This document shows positions 18,621 through 27,658 of a stretch of 64,000 bases of DNA, piece after piece; positions within the stretch are counted from its first letter, which is position 1; every line of letters begins with the position of its first letter. Source of the stretch: a virus; IMG/VR virus record IMGVR_UViG_3300025150_000004, positions 78,892 to 142,891 of that record, one strand, 5' to 3'. Under the pieces are notes generated by a model. It saw nothing but the letters and a program-made list of their open reading frames with translations, had not been told where the DNA came from and did no database searches. The translations under genes and the position numbers were made by a program.

Positions 18621-21538
18621 CCCGGCAGGCCGACAAGTTCCCGGCCTTGGGGCTTCCATCGGAAGCGGGACCCTGTTTCGTAGTCCGGCGGATCGAGGAC
18701 AACGTCCGCTCCCCCTCAGTTCGGGACACCTTGGAGAGGAAGGTCGAGCGAGGCCAAGACCTGACGAATCCCGAGGCCCATGCGGTGTACGACCGGGAGG
18801 TCGAACGGGGTCCCGGCGGTCTCATCTCGAAGTTCGAGATCTCGTCTCACGCCCAGTACCGGATGGACCTGCGGGGCATCACGGTCCCCGAGGTCCGCTT
18901 CGTGTTCCAGCGGTTCCAGAAGGAACTCAATGACTGGAAGTCCCGACAGGATCCCGCCTACGACAGGGTGGCTCGGGCAATCCAGCGAGGGGAGCCCATC
19001 GAGTACGAGGACAAGCGGCTCCAGATGTTCATTGCCTTCACCATCCTCCAGAAGGGCTTGGCGAAGGTAATCACGGTCTACTGGAAGGGAATGCCAGACC
19101 CCAAGGCTCCAGGGGTCTGTGTGGTCCCGCACAGCCACCAGAAGCACGCACGGGACCCGGTGCAGGACTGGGGCACCCAGACATACACCAAGGACCCGAC
19201 GGACAACCCGGACAACCGGGAGAAGCAGCAGGTGCTACCGACCCCGCCGTGGAGTCGGAGCAAGCCGACGGGGAGGCCCCAGTACAACGTCCCAGGACCC
19301 AGTGGCACTGGGCCAGGCGAGAAGAACATCCACCAGTACCGTATGCGGACCAAGGGGGAGCCGGGGAAGGAGCACCCCCAACCACCGGCTCGAACCTCCC
19401 CTGTTCGGCGGCCGGAGGTGACCGGCGAGGACTGGGAGACGGCTGGTTGGTATGACCGGCTCGACCCACAGGTGGAGGAGCCTTTCCTCGAAGCCTCAAT
19501 GAAGGGCAAGCCGTATCCTGGGGCGAACCGGCAGAGGGAGCAGCGAGGCCCCGCTCGAAGGTATTACCGGCTTCGGTACAAGCGTCAGCGTCAGCAGTAC
19601 AAGCGGCGGATGAAGCTGTGGTATCGGCGCTATCGCAAGAACCCCAGGTATTTGAGGGACCAGGAGCGCCGGGACGATCACCCGAAGAGGTTCGAGCGCA
19701 AGCCCGGCGGCGGCTACGTGCGGAACCAGGACCGAAGCAAGGCTTGGCGGGACAAGCAGAAGAAGGCCAGCTTGGCAGAGCCCATCCCTGTGTTCTTCCT
19801 CCCGTTGCAGGAGTGGGGGTGGTTCGAGGGTGTCGGCGACGAAGACCTGATGGAGATCCGTGTTGATGGGAGCCTGTTCCAGCTTCCCATTGACCTGTTC
19901 TTCGACCAGGTGGAGGGCGACCCGGACATGGCGGATGCCCTCTTGGCCTACCTCGACGAGCACTACGAGTTCTCCGAGGGTGAAGGTGAGGACATGGCCA
20001 TCGACGACGCAATCGAGGCTCTCAAGAAGATCGCTTTCCAGGTGAAGCTCCGCTACCGGCCCGAGAAGCGCCAGCGGAAGACCCGTGGATTGAAGAAGTG
20101 GAAGCAGAAGATGCAGTACATGCGGAACCGGGCGAAGTCCAAGCGACAGACCCGGGTCCGGTACAAGCGTCTCAAGAGGCTCCCGGCCTTCAAGAAGCAG
20201 CAGCAGATCCGCCGCAAGCACCCAGAGAGGTTCAAGCGGCGGATGGCCGAGGTGCTCACCGCCCCGGACATCGCTTTCGTGGTGGGTGAGGAACTGGACC
20301 TGGGGTACGTCCACAGCGTCAGCCCCATGACCGGGCTCGTGACGTTCCATCGGACCTCGAACGGGGAGTACCTCTCCGACTCTCTGGAGTCCCTGGCAGT
20401 CGAGGATTTCATGGCGGCCGTCGGCTTCCTCTCGGAGGCCGACGAGGAGGCCATGTTCAAGCTCATCGACGTGGAACTGGGAGAGACGGCCTGGTCCGGT
20501 GAGTTGACCGAGGACGGTCTTCGTGGGTCAGCGGCCCTCATGGGCATCGACTGCGATTCCCCGAAGTTCCAAGACCTCTGCGAGAAGCTGGTCGGCAAGA
20601 CCCAGATCGCCGACATGGACCCAACCGAAGTCGCCCTGGTGAACTCGGTGGTCATCCATCAGACGGTCTATGACGACGATGCGATGGAGGTTGGAGAGTT
20701 CCCCGACCGGGACCGGGCAAAGGAGCCGACCGAGGCCGACTCTTTCATGATCGACCCCCAGGACGACGACTACATCTTCGGCAGGGTCAACCTCCCCGAG
20801 GACTACGCTCACCTGGTTCAGCGGACGGCTCGGCGGTGGGTCGCCCGGCAGGCGGAGATGCTCTATTGCAAGGAGCCCACCGACCAGGATTCGGACGACA
20901 CCTACGACCGTGGGGATGACAGGCTGGAGAAGAAGGTCCATCCGCCTCACTCCGAGCGCCTCGACCAGCCCTCCGTGGAGGAGAACCCGGGTTCGGCCAA
21001 GGTCATCCCGTGGAACCATCCCGACATGGTGAACAACCGGGCGGGGATGGTGCGCCTGGCGGCCCGCATCCACGAGATCGTGGAGAAGTGCGGGGAGGAT
21101 GTCTTGACCCGCTCAAGGGGGCTTCGTGTGAAGCTCCGCCGGGTGGATGCACGGAACGCTGTGTGGCTGTTCGACGTGCCCGGGAAGTCCGGCACCCATC
21201 GGGTGCGGATCAAGGCTGTTCGTCACGGCAACATTCGGGACGTGGGCAAGGCCCACGTCAAGGTGTCCTGCTCCTGCCCGTTCTGGCAGTGGCAGGGGCC
21301 GGAGCATCACGCCAAGACGGGGGATTACCTGTTCGGGAGCCCGAGGGGCACGGCTGCCAAGCCGGATGTGAAGGACCCCGGCGGGAAGCACGGGGCCTGC
21401 AAACATGTTTTGGCTTGCTTTGATTGGGTTATAGGCCACAACTGGCGGGTTCCCCCAAGACCACGGAAGCGGGCGTCAACAGATCGAGTAGTTGCACAGT
21501 TCCTTCGGCGGCAGCTTCAGGAGGCGTGGTGTGGCTAG
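18617..21538 (+). CDS. multidomain protein: DUF4258/RelE-like domain, two Arg/Lys/Tyr-rich tracts, C-terminal SWIM zinc finger
   Basis: ISSHAQYRMDLRGIT...KVITVYW; RRYYRLRYKRQRQQYKRR; VSCSCPFW...GACKH. Confidence 0.75.
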   Translation: MTRQADKFPALGLPSEAGPCFVVRRIEDNVRSPSVRDTLERKVERGQDLTNPEAHAVYDREVERGPGGLISKFEISSHAQYRMDLRGITVPEVRFVFQRFQKELNDWKSRQDPAYDRVARAIQRGEPIEYEDKRLQMFIAFTILQKGLAKVITVYWKGMPDPKAPGVCVVPHSHQKHARDPVQDWGTQTYTKDPTDNPDNREKQQVLPTPPWSRSKPTGRPQYNVPGPSGTGPGEKNIHQYRMRTKGEPGKEHPQPPARTSPVRRPEVTGEDWETAGWYDRLDPQVEEPFLEASMKGKPYPGANRQREQRGPARRYYRLRYKRQRQQYKRRMKLWYRRYRKNPRYLRDQERRDDHPKRFERKPGGGYVRNQDRSKAWRDKQKKASLAEPIPVFFLPLQEWGWFEGVGDEDLMEIRVDGSLFQLPIDLFFDQVEGDPDMADALLAYLDEHYEFSEGEGEDMAIDDAIEALKKIAFQVKLRYRPEKRQRKTRGLKKWKQKMQYMRNRAKSKRQTRVRYKRLKRLPAFKKQQQIRRKHPERFKRRMAEVLTAPDIAFVVGEELDLGYVHSVSPMTGLVTFHRTSNGEYLSDSLESLAVEDFMAAVGFLSEADEEAMFKLIDVELGETAWSGELTEDGLRGSAALMGIDCDSPKFQDLCEKLVGKTQIADMDPTEVALVNSVVIHQTVYDDDAMEVGEFPDRDRAKEPTEADSFMIDPQDDDYIFGRVNLPEDYAHLVQRTARRWVARQAEMLYCKEPTDQDSDDTYDRGDDRLEKKVHPPHSERLDQPSVEENPGSAKVIPWNHPDMVNNRAGMVRLAARIHEIVEKCGEDVLTRSRGLRVKLRRVDARNAVWLFDVPGKSGTHRVRIKAVRHGNIRDVGKAHVKVSCSCPFWQWQGPEHHAKTGDYLFGSPRGTAAKPDVKDPGGKHGACKHVLACFDWVIGHNWRVPPRPRKRASTDRVVAQFLRRQLQEAWCG

Positions 21539-22211
21539 GTCTGTTTGTATTTTGACCTGCCCTTGTTGCGGTCAAGGGTTCCTTCGGCGGCAGAGCATCG
21601 TAGTGGCCATGCAGAAGCGAAATCCCGACGTGGTATTGTCCTGCGGCAAGGCGTGTAGTGACATGCTGAAGCGGCGTCCTATCAACATCATGGACCGCAA
21701 AGCATTTGAGTACACCGTTGGCGTGGTACTTGGGGATGGATCGGTAGATCGGGCCGTGAGGGTGGCCGTTGGTCTTCAGGACGAAAATTTTGTGCCTATT
21801 TTGCGTCAGTTCTTCCAACGGGGAGTTGGGGTAGACCCTGGTGTGCTGCGGAATGAAGAAGCAAGATCTTTGTCTGTGAACCTGAGCTTCAAGGCGGCTG
21901 GCGACCTTTATCGGTCGTTCAAGCATGGCCCTTCATGGATACTGGAAGATGTGCGCCACCCGGCGATGGTGTTGGCCGGGTTGTGCGATACGGACGGGGG
22001 GTGGGAGAAAAAGAAAGGGCGGCGGGTCGCTTTTTGCATCACGCAGAAGAACAACGGGAATCTGGAGAAGTCCCTACCCCTATGGTATCAAGTCGGGCTG
22101 AACCCGTCGATTAGGTATTACGCTCCTGACCGGGCGGTACTTCGGATACCCTCTCCTCAACGTGAGCGGTTCCTTGATGTCGTCTCGCTCCAGCACCCCA
22201 GGAAAATCTGA
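21531..22211 (+). CDS. free-standing LAGLIDADG homing endonuclease with N-terminal zinc finger
   Basis: YTVGVVLGDG and LAGLCDTDG motifs; CPCCG...CGKAC; lower GC. Confidence 0.8.
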   Translation: MARSVCILTCPCCGQGFLRRQSIVVAMQKRNPDVVLSCGKACSDMLKRRPINIMDRKAFEYTVGVVLGDGSVDRAVRVAVGLQDENFVPILRQFFQRGVGVDPGVLRNEEARSLSVNLSFKAAGDLYRSFKHGPSWILEDVRHPAMVLAGLCDTDGGWEKKKGRRVAFCITQKNNGNLEKSLPLWYQVGLNPSIRYYAPDRAVLRIPSPQRERFLDVVSLQHPRKI

Positions 22212-22372
22212 TGGCCGTGTTCGACCACATCGTCACCAACAAGTGGTCGGTGCCTCGCTCGAAGCAGGGGGCCTCTCGGTATCTCCTCGATAGCCTGTCC
22301 TTGGGTGAGCCGGTGACGGCCGCCCGGGTGATCGCTGCCCGGTATCTTGGGCTGAAGGCAAGAGGAACGTGA
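22211..22372 (+). pseudogene. displaced original 3' end of gene 18617..21538 (53-aa ORF)
   Basis: MAVFDHIVTNKWSVP...RVIAARYL aligns with LACFDWVIGHNWRVP...RVVAQFL at the end of the upstream gene. Confidence 0.7.
22278..22308 (+). promoter_or_regulatory. putative late promoter
   Basis: GGT-atctcctc-GAT-N12/13-GTGA. Confidence 0.5.
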
Positions 22373-22752
22373 TGCCCAGCTACAGCTACCGTTGTCAGGA
22401 ATGCGAAGCCGTCTTCGATGCGACGGTGTCCCGGGCGGAGTGCGCCCAACCCCAGCCCTGCTCCTGCGGAGGTGACGCCAAGAGGGTCGTCGGGACCATC
22501 GGGTTCGTCCTCAAGGGGGACGGCTGGGTTGGCAAGAACCAGAAGATCAAGGGCCAGATGGCCCGGAAAAACGTCCGCCTCGACACCAAGTCCAGGGAGC
22601 GCCGCCATGATGCTCCCGGGGTCCGCCTCGTCCCCAACGTGGAGGGGGAGCGGGTGGATTCCTGGGACGAGGCGGCGAAGCTGGCCAAGTCGAAGGGCTA
22701 CGACAACACGTCGTTCAAGCAGATGGCCCAGCAGGAGAAGGCTGACCGATGA
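22372..22752 (+). CDS. FmdB-family zinc ribbon protein
   Basis: MPSYSYRCQEC...PCSCGG...FVLKGDGW. Confidence 0.8.
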   Translation: MPSYSYRCQECEAVFDATVSRAECAQPQPCSCGGDAKRVVGTIGFVLKGDGWVGKNQKIKGQMARKNVRLDTKSRERRHDAPGVRLVPNVEGERVDSWDEAAKLAKSKGYDNTSFKQMAQQEKADR

Positions 22753-23630
22753 GCGAGACCTTCGGCCCACTGGACCACTACCCCGGCATCCTCGAACGGG
22801 CACGGGAACTCATCGACCTCCAGGTCCAGCTTCGGGATCGACCGGGGGTCACCGGAGTTCGCCTGTGGGGCTCCAGGCATCCCCATCACCTGTATGGCCC
22901 ACGCACGAACTCGGGCATGGGGGGTGCCACCCCCAACGCCGACGCCAACCAGCGGGTTGTCCTCAACCGAGCCCGGCCGAACGAGATCACCTTGTCGAAC
23001 TCGTTCCGACGTGGCCGGTTCCGCTACGACGAGGTGACCCGAGGCATCTGCCGGTTCATCCAGAACGTGACCGACGTTGTGGGGCCACCCAGCATCTCGG
23101 ACGACCAGGTACTCTACGCCGCCATCCAGCAGGAGAGGGCCACACTTCCCGAAGTGACCGTGGATGGATTCACCGGCAGGGCGAACCGGATCAAGGGTGT
23201 CGTGGACCTGCTTGATCCCATTCTCGGCCCAATCCTGGTCATCCCCACGGTGGAGCAGTGGACCACCCTGCACGAGACGACGCAGATCATCCAGGCAGAC
23301 GCTCCCGCCTTGGGGATTGGGGCCGTGGCCATGGCCGTGGGTGGGACTCCAGCCCCGGACCCGGACCTCCAGATCCCCAACCCACTGCATTTCGTGCTGG
23401 CTCGGCCGACGACATCCATCACCATCAGGAACCTGGAGGCGGCCCCGGGAACGGGTCTTCTGGTCTCCCACGGACTGGGGCAGGCGGTCTACGAGATTCC
23501 GGCGGGGGAAGAGCGTACCTATTTCGGTGCGGTCAAGGAGGTCTGCCTCATGGCGAATGCCGCTGCGGCGCTCGCTTCGTTCGAGATCGAGGCGAACCTG
23601 AACCTGGGAGGGGCCGCAGGAGGACGCTGA
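22749..23630 (+). CDS. hypothetical virion protein
   Basis: Overlapping ATGA start in late operon. Confidence 0.7.
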   Translation: MSETFGPLDHYPGILERARELIDLQVQLRDRPGVTGVRLWGSRHPHHLYGPRTNSGMGGATPNADANQRVVLNRARPNEITLSNSFRRGRFRYDEVTRGICRFIQNVTDVVGPPSISDDQVLYAAIQQERATLPEVTVDGFTGRANRIKGVVDLLDPILGPILVIPTVEQWTTLHETTQIIQADAPALGIGAVAMAVGGTPAPDPDLQIPNPLHFVLARPTTSITIRNLEAAPGTGLLVSHGLGQAVYEIPAGEERTYFGAVKEVCLMANAAAALASFEIEANLNLGGAAGGR

Positions 23631-23639
23631 GCCTCGATT

Positions 23640-23669
23640 GGTAATCCGCCTATAGGCGACAACAAGTAG
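23640..23669 (+). promoter_or_regulatory. putative late promoter
   Basis: GGT-aatccgcc-TAT-N12-GTAG. Confidence 0.7.
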
Positions 23670-23716
23670 ACGAGGCCGGTCCTCGTCGAAGGTACTGGAA
23701 CCGGAGAGCAACCACC

Positions 23717-25054
23717 ATGCCGTACATCTGCCTTGCACGGAACGACATCCCCGACGGGACTCTTCAGGTGCTCGACCTGGTTCCGAACACGTCCCTTCGG
23801 AACCAGAGCATCGACCCGCCGGGCCAGACCCGCTACCTCAAGCGCACCCGCCGGGTGAACGTCGGTCTCGACGCCAACACCGGCGTGGTGACCCGAGGCG
23901 GTGGTGTCCAGGGATCGGCCAACTTCCTCACGGGCCTCGAAGCCTACCTCCTCGACCGGGTCGAGCCCGGCTCCCTTCAGGTGGCCACGGGCACCATCGT
24001 GATGGCGGCCCAGCCCAACGTCGGCGACCGGGTGGTCATCAAGGGCATCATCTTCGAGTTCCAGGCTGGGGCCAACCCGGTCAACTGGAACGCCCCCCAG
24101 GATGGGACGGATGGCACCCCGTTCCTCGTCGGTGCTGGTGCCAGTGCGAACGATGCCGCCGCCAACCTGACGCTCGCCATCAACGATGTCGGCGCTGTGC
24201 AGGCGGCCATCCTCGCTGCGGCTCCTGCGAACACGACGGCAACGGCCACCAACCCCGCCGCTCCGTCCCCCAACGTGGTCCTATCGGCCGAGGACAACCT
24301 CGGTGCCCCGCTCCTGGGCCGGGCCGGTGACCTCACCGTCGTGGTGACCGTGGGCGGTGCCCGGATCACCCAGCCAGCGGCGGGCCGGATGGGGCGTACC
24401 GACGAGGCGTGGACCGAGGCGACCCTGGTCGCCCGTGCTGGCAACCTCCAGGGGGCCTGCGATGCCGGGCTGCCCCTCACACTCGCAGTGGTCAACGGTG
24501 GTGCCCATCTCGGGGCCGTCGGTGCGGATCTCACGGGAGCAGCGGCGACATCGGCTTCGACCGGGACCCTTCTGCAACTCCTGAGCATCCTCGCTGGGCG
24601 GGAGTATCGGATCGCCCCGGGTGCCCTGAAGTTCACGGCTGCGGCGGCCCCGGACTCGATCCACCTGTGGGACGCCACCCAGCGTGGTGCGTTCACCCAG
24701 GCCGTGTCGGTCTTCGACAGCCAGATGCTCAACGGCGAGATCCGGCCGAACGCCCGCTTCGTGAAGCGCCCGAACATCTCCGCTCGGTCGCAGTTCAACA
24801 ACGTGACCGGCGGGGACGCCGTGAACCGGGAACTCGGTGATGTCCGCTACAACGTGGCGGGTGAGTCTCTCGATGCCTCTCTGGACAGCGGGACGCTGGC
24901 CCAGATGGTGGCGGCGACCAACACCCTGTTCCCCGACAACCCCTTCTCGGCGTTCAAGAACGGGGCGCATCCCTCTCAGCCGGGGCCGCAGACGGCCGAG
25001 GTCAACAACGTCCGGCTGGTCACCGTCTACGCTGACGACGGCAGCGTGCTCTGA
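23717..25054 (+). CDS. structural protein, paralog 1 of 3
   Basis: N-term RNDIPDG.LQVLDL.PNTS.RN..DPPGQ; C-term VYADDGSVL; A/G/T/N-rich. Confidence 0.75.
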   Translation: MPYICLARNDIPDGTLQVLDLVPNTSLRNQSIDPPGQTRYLKRTRRVNVGLDANTGVVTRGGGVQGSANFLTGLEAYLLDRVEPGSLQVATGTIVMAAQPNVGDRVVIKGIIFEFQAGANPVNWNAPQDGTDGTPFLVGAGASANDAAANLTLAINDVGAVQAAILAAAPANTTATATNPAAPSPNVVLSAEDNLGAPLLGRAGDLTVVVTVGGARITQPAAGRMGRTDEAWTEATLVARAGNLQGACDAGLPLTLAVVNGGAHLGAVGADLTGAAATSASTGTLLQLLSILAGREYRIAPGALKFTAAAAPDSIHLWDATQRGAFTQAVSVFDSQMLNGEIRPNARFVKRPNISARSQFNNVTGGDAVNRELGDVRYNVAGESLDASLDSGTLAQMVAATNTLFPDNPFSAFKNGAHPSQPGPQTAEVNNVRLVTVYADDGSVL

Positions 25055-25069
25055 TCGGAGGAACCTGAG

Positions 25070-25948
25070 ATGGCTCGTGCATACATCGTGTTGGCCCGCA
25101 ACGACCTGGACGACTCGTTCTTCCAGATGCTCGACCTGTGGCCCAACACTTCCCACAGGAACTACGCCGTCGATCCGCCGGGCCAGACCCACTACCTGAC
25201 CCACTACTTCCTCGATGGGATCAACACCGCCATCACCATCAACGAGGGTCCCCCCCGTGCGGTGGCGGCGGCCAACTACGGGCTGTCCGGCTACGCCGCC
25301 GACACCATCGAGAACGCCGCCCCCCCGGATCGTGCGCTCACCACGGCCCAGGCGGTTGCCTTCGCCGTGTTCTGCGAGGGCCGGGTGTCCAACGGCCTGC
25401 CGCTGACAGCAGCCGACTGCGATGCCTGGCTCGCCGCCAACGTCGGAGCCGGAACGGCCCTCGGCGAGGGCAACGGGACCGCCACCATCGAGGAGATCCT
25501 TCGCATCCTCGCCGGTGAGCGCTACCAGATCCCGGCCGGAGCCCTGGAGGATGGTGGCCCGAACTTCGTGGGGGTTCGCCGGGGTGCGTTCCGCACCCGC
25601 CCGAACGTCGAGCAGCCGGAGTCGGTCCGCAGCCAGTTCGGTCCGGTGCGTGGCCGCAACTCGTTCGTCGGCAAGACCATCCCGACGACAACGGCGGTTC
25701 AGACGGCTCCCCAGGATCTCAACTTCAACGACGTGCTGACCGTGTCGAACACGGGTCGGCTCCAGCAGAGCGCCCTCAACGGTGCTCTGTCCCGGGTGGC
25801 GTCCCCCAACTTCGCTTGGCTCAACCCGGCCTTCACCTACGGTGGTGGTGCCACCCCGGCCACGACCATCGCCGGGGCCAACGTTCCGGTCACTGGAGTG
25901 GCTCGGGCCTGCACCGTCTACGCCGCTGACGGCACGGTCATCGTCTGA
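25070..25948 (+). CDS. structural protein, paralog 2 of 3
   Basis: RNDLDD..FQMLDLWPNTS.RN..DPPGQ ... VYAADGTVIV. Confidence 0.75.
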   Translation: MARAYIVLARNDLDDSFFQMLDLWPNTSHRNYAVDPPGQTHYLTHYFLDGINTAITINEGPPRAVAAANYGLSGYAADTIENAAPPDRALTTAQAVAFAVFCEGRVSNGLPLTAADCDAWLAANVGAGTALGEGNGTATIEEILRILAGERYQIPAGALEDGGPNFVGVRRGAFRTRPNVEQPESVRSQFGPVRGRNSFVGKTIPTTTAVQTAPQDLNFNDVLTVSNTGRLQQSALNGALSRVASPNFAWLNPAFTYGGGATPATTIAGANVPVTGVARACTVYAADGTVIV

Positions 25949-25960
25949 GGGAGAACGAAG

Positions 25961-26995
25961 ATGGCAGATCGAGGCATCATCATCCCGGTTCGGAACGACA
26001 TCCCCGGGTCCAACCTTCAGGTCGAAGACCTGTGGCCGAACACCTCGCAGAAGAACTCGGTCTACGACGGCGAGGGTCAGTCGGGCTATCTCTCCGCCCA
26101 GATGGACCAGCCGGGAGCCACGACCTTCGTGGGCGAGGCGTTCTCCACGGGGTCCCGCATGACCACCGCAGCTTCGGTGGCTGGCAACTGGGCGCTCGCA
26201 GCGGCCGTGGACTGGTCCAACGACGCAGGCCACGGCGGGAACGACTCCCGGGCCACGGCGGTTCCGATGCTCGGGCTCGCAGCCTACCTGCGGGAGCGAG
26301 TGCAGAACAACCCGGCGGTTGCCGGTGACACCCTGGCAGCGGCGGACGCCGACGCCATCGTCACCGCTCTCGTGGCCCGGGTGCTCGCCGGGAACAGCAT
26401 GACCCTGGCGGACATCAACACCGTCATCCAGGGCGTGACGGCCCTCGGAGCCGGGGATGGCACCGAGGTGCTCGGTGGTGACCCGGCCAACAGCCCGTCC
26501 TTCGGCACGGTGCAGGACGTGCTCCGCATCATCGCTGGTGAGACCTACTACGTTCCGACCAACACCATCGTCACCGATGCGGCCGGTGCGTTCATCAGGG
26601 AGACCCACCCAGACGGTGTGGGTGAGGTGGCTGCCGGTGCGGTGGAGACGAGGCGAGGCCGTATCCTGAACCTCGCCGGTGCGGGTCTGACGGCTAACCC
26701 CACCCCGGTCGCCACTGGGCGTTTTCTCGCCCAGGGTGAGGCGGGCTACGTGACCAAGCGGACCATCGCTCTGTCCACCTCGTTCCTGGCCTCCTGCTCC
26801 CGGGGCAAGCTGCGGTCGCTGCACGACAACACCGTGGCGTTCCTCAACACCGCAGGGTTCGCCTACGCTGCGGCCGACGTGACGGCGGCACGCCCACGAG
26901 CCGTGCTGATCGACAACACGGCCGTCCCCGTCACCGGCGTCGCCCGTGCCGTCCGCTGCTACGACAGCAACGGCAACCTCCTCAACGTCCCCTGA
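25961..26995 (+). CDS. structural protein, paralog 3 of 3
   Basis: RNDIPG..LQVEDLWPNTS.KN..DGEGQ ... CYDSNGNLL. Confidence 0.75.
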   Translation: MADRGIIIPVRNDIPGSNLQVEDLWPNTSQKNSVYDGEGQSGYLSAQMDQPGATTFVGEAFSTGSRMTTAASVAGNWALAAAVDWSNDAGHGGNDSRATAVPMLGLAAYLRERVQNNPAVAGDTLAAADADAIVTALVARVLAGNSMTLADINTVIQGVTALGAGDGTEVLGGDPANSPSFGTVQDVLRIIAGETYYVPTNTIVTDAAGAFIRETHPDGVGEVAAGAVETRRGRILNLAGAGLTANPTPVATGRFLAQGEAGYVTKRTIALSTSFLASCSRGKLRSLHDNTVAFLNTAGFAYAAADVTAARPRAVLIDNTAVPVTGVARAVRCYDSNGNLLNVP

Positions 26996-27020
26996 CGGCA
27001 GCCTTCGGGCTAGCCTCCCC

Positions 27021-27058
27021 GGAACGCCCCCACCCCCCCCAGGGGGCGTTCCCCTTTT
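27021..27058 (+). terminator. intrinsic terminator
   Basis: ggaacgccccc / gggggcgttcc then cctttt; preceded by a cUUCGg hairpin near 26997-27015. Confidence 0.7.
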
Positions 27059-27068
27059 AGGTCGGTAC

Positions 27069-27098
27069 AATGGATCGGCTATAGCCGCCGATCAGTGA
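27069..27098 (+). promoter_or_regulatory. putative late promoter
   Basis: AAT-ggatcggc-TAT-N12-GTGA. Confidence 0.55.
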
Positions 27099-27122
27099 CC
27101 CTCCCTCCACGGGAGGTGGGAC

Positions 27123-27383
27123 ATGGAGCCGACCAAAATGGCAGAGAAAGAACCGTTCAAGACCTCGGACATCAAGTTCGCAGCCTTCCTGAAGGCTGCT
27201 GCGGTGCCGTTTCTTGGCGTCGAAGACGCAGAGGATGGGGGGCGCAGGAAGGTGTTCCAGTTCGAGAACACCGACGGACTGCGGGAGTTGAGGCATCAGT
27301 TCTTCTCCCGCCGACCCGATTCGCTGGCATCCCTCACCCTCTTCGACGAGTACGACGCCTTGAAGGCGTACACCTTCGATTGA
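27123..27383 (+). CDS. DUF5659-like protein
   Basis: FKTSDIKFAAFL...RKVFQFE signature. Confidence 0.7.
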   Translation: MEPTKMAEKEPFKTSDIKFAAFLKAAAVPFLGVEDAEDGGRRKVFQFENTDGLRELRHQFFSRRPDSLASLTLFDEYDALKAYTFD

Positions 27384-27390
27384 GGGAGGC

Positions 27391-27657
27391 ATGGCGGTGC
27401 CCGACCACAGAGTACGATGTCCGGTCGTGGACCCGGACGGGGCTGAGGCCAAGGAGGCCAACGCTTTCCGGTCTTTCTGTGACGGAGGCAACGAGTTCGT
27501 GCTCGACTTCATCAACTGCCCAGAGGAGGCGGATTACGGGGAGGTCGTGGCAAGGGTTCGGATCCACCGGGAGGTGCTCCAGGCGGTGTTTGAGCGGCTC
27601 CGGGGTTCGGTGGAGGCCCGGGGCGGCCTGATCTTCAGCGCCGCCTTGGAGGGGTGA
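27391..27657 (+). CDS. small DUF3467-like protein
   Basis: ANAFRS...EFVLDF...VVARVRI. Confidence 0.6.
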   Translation: MAVPDHRVRCPVVDPDGAEAKEANAFRSFCDGGNEFVLDFINCPEEADYGEVVARVRIHREVLQAVFERLRGSVEARGGLIFSAALEG

Positions 27658-27658
27658 C

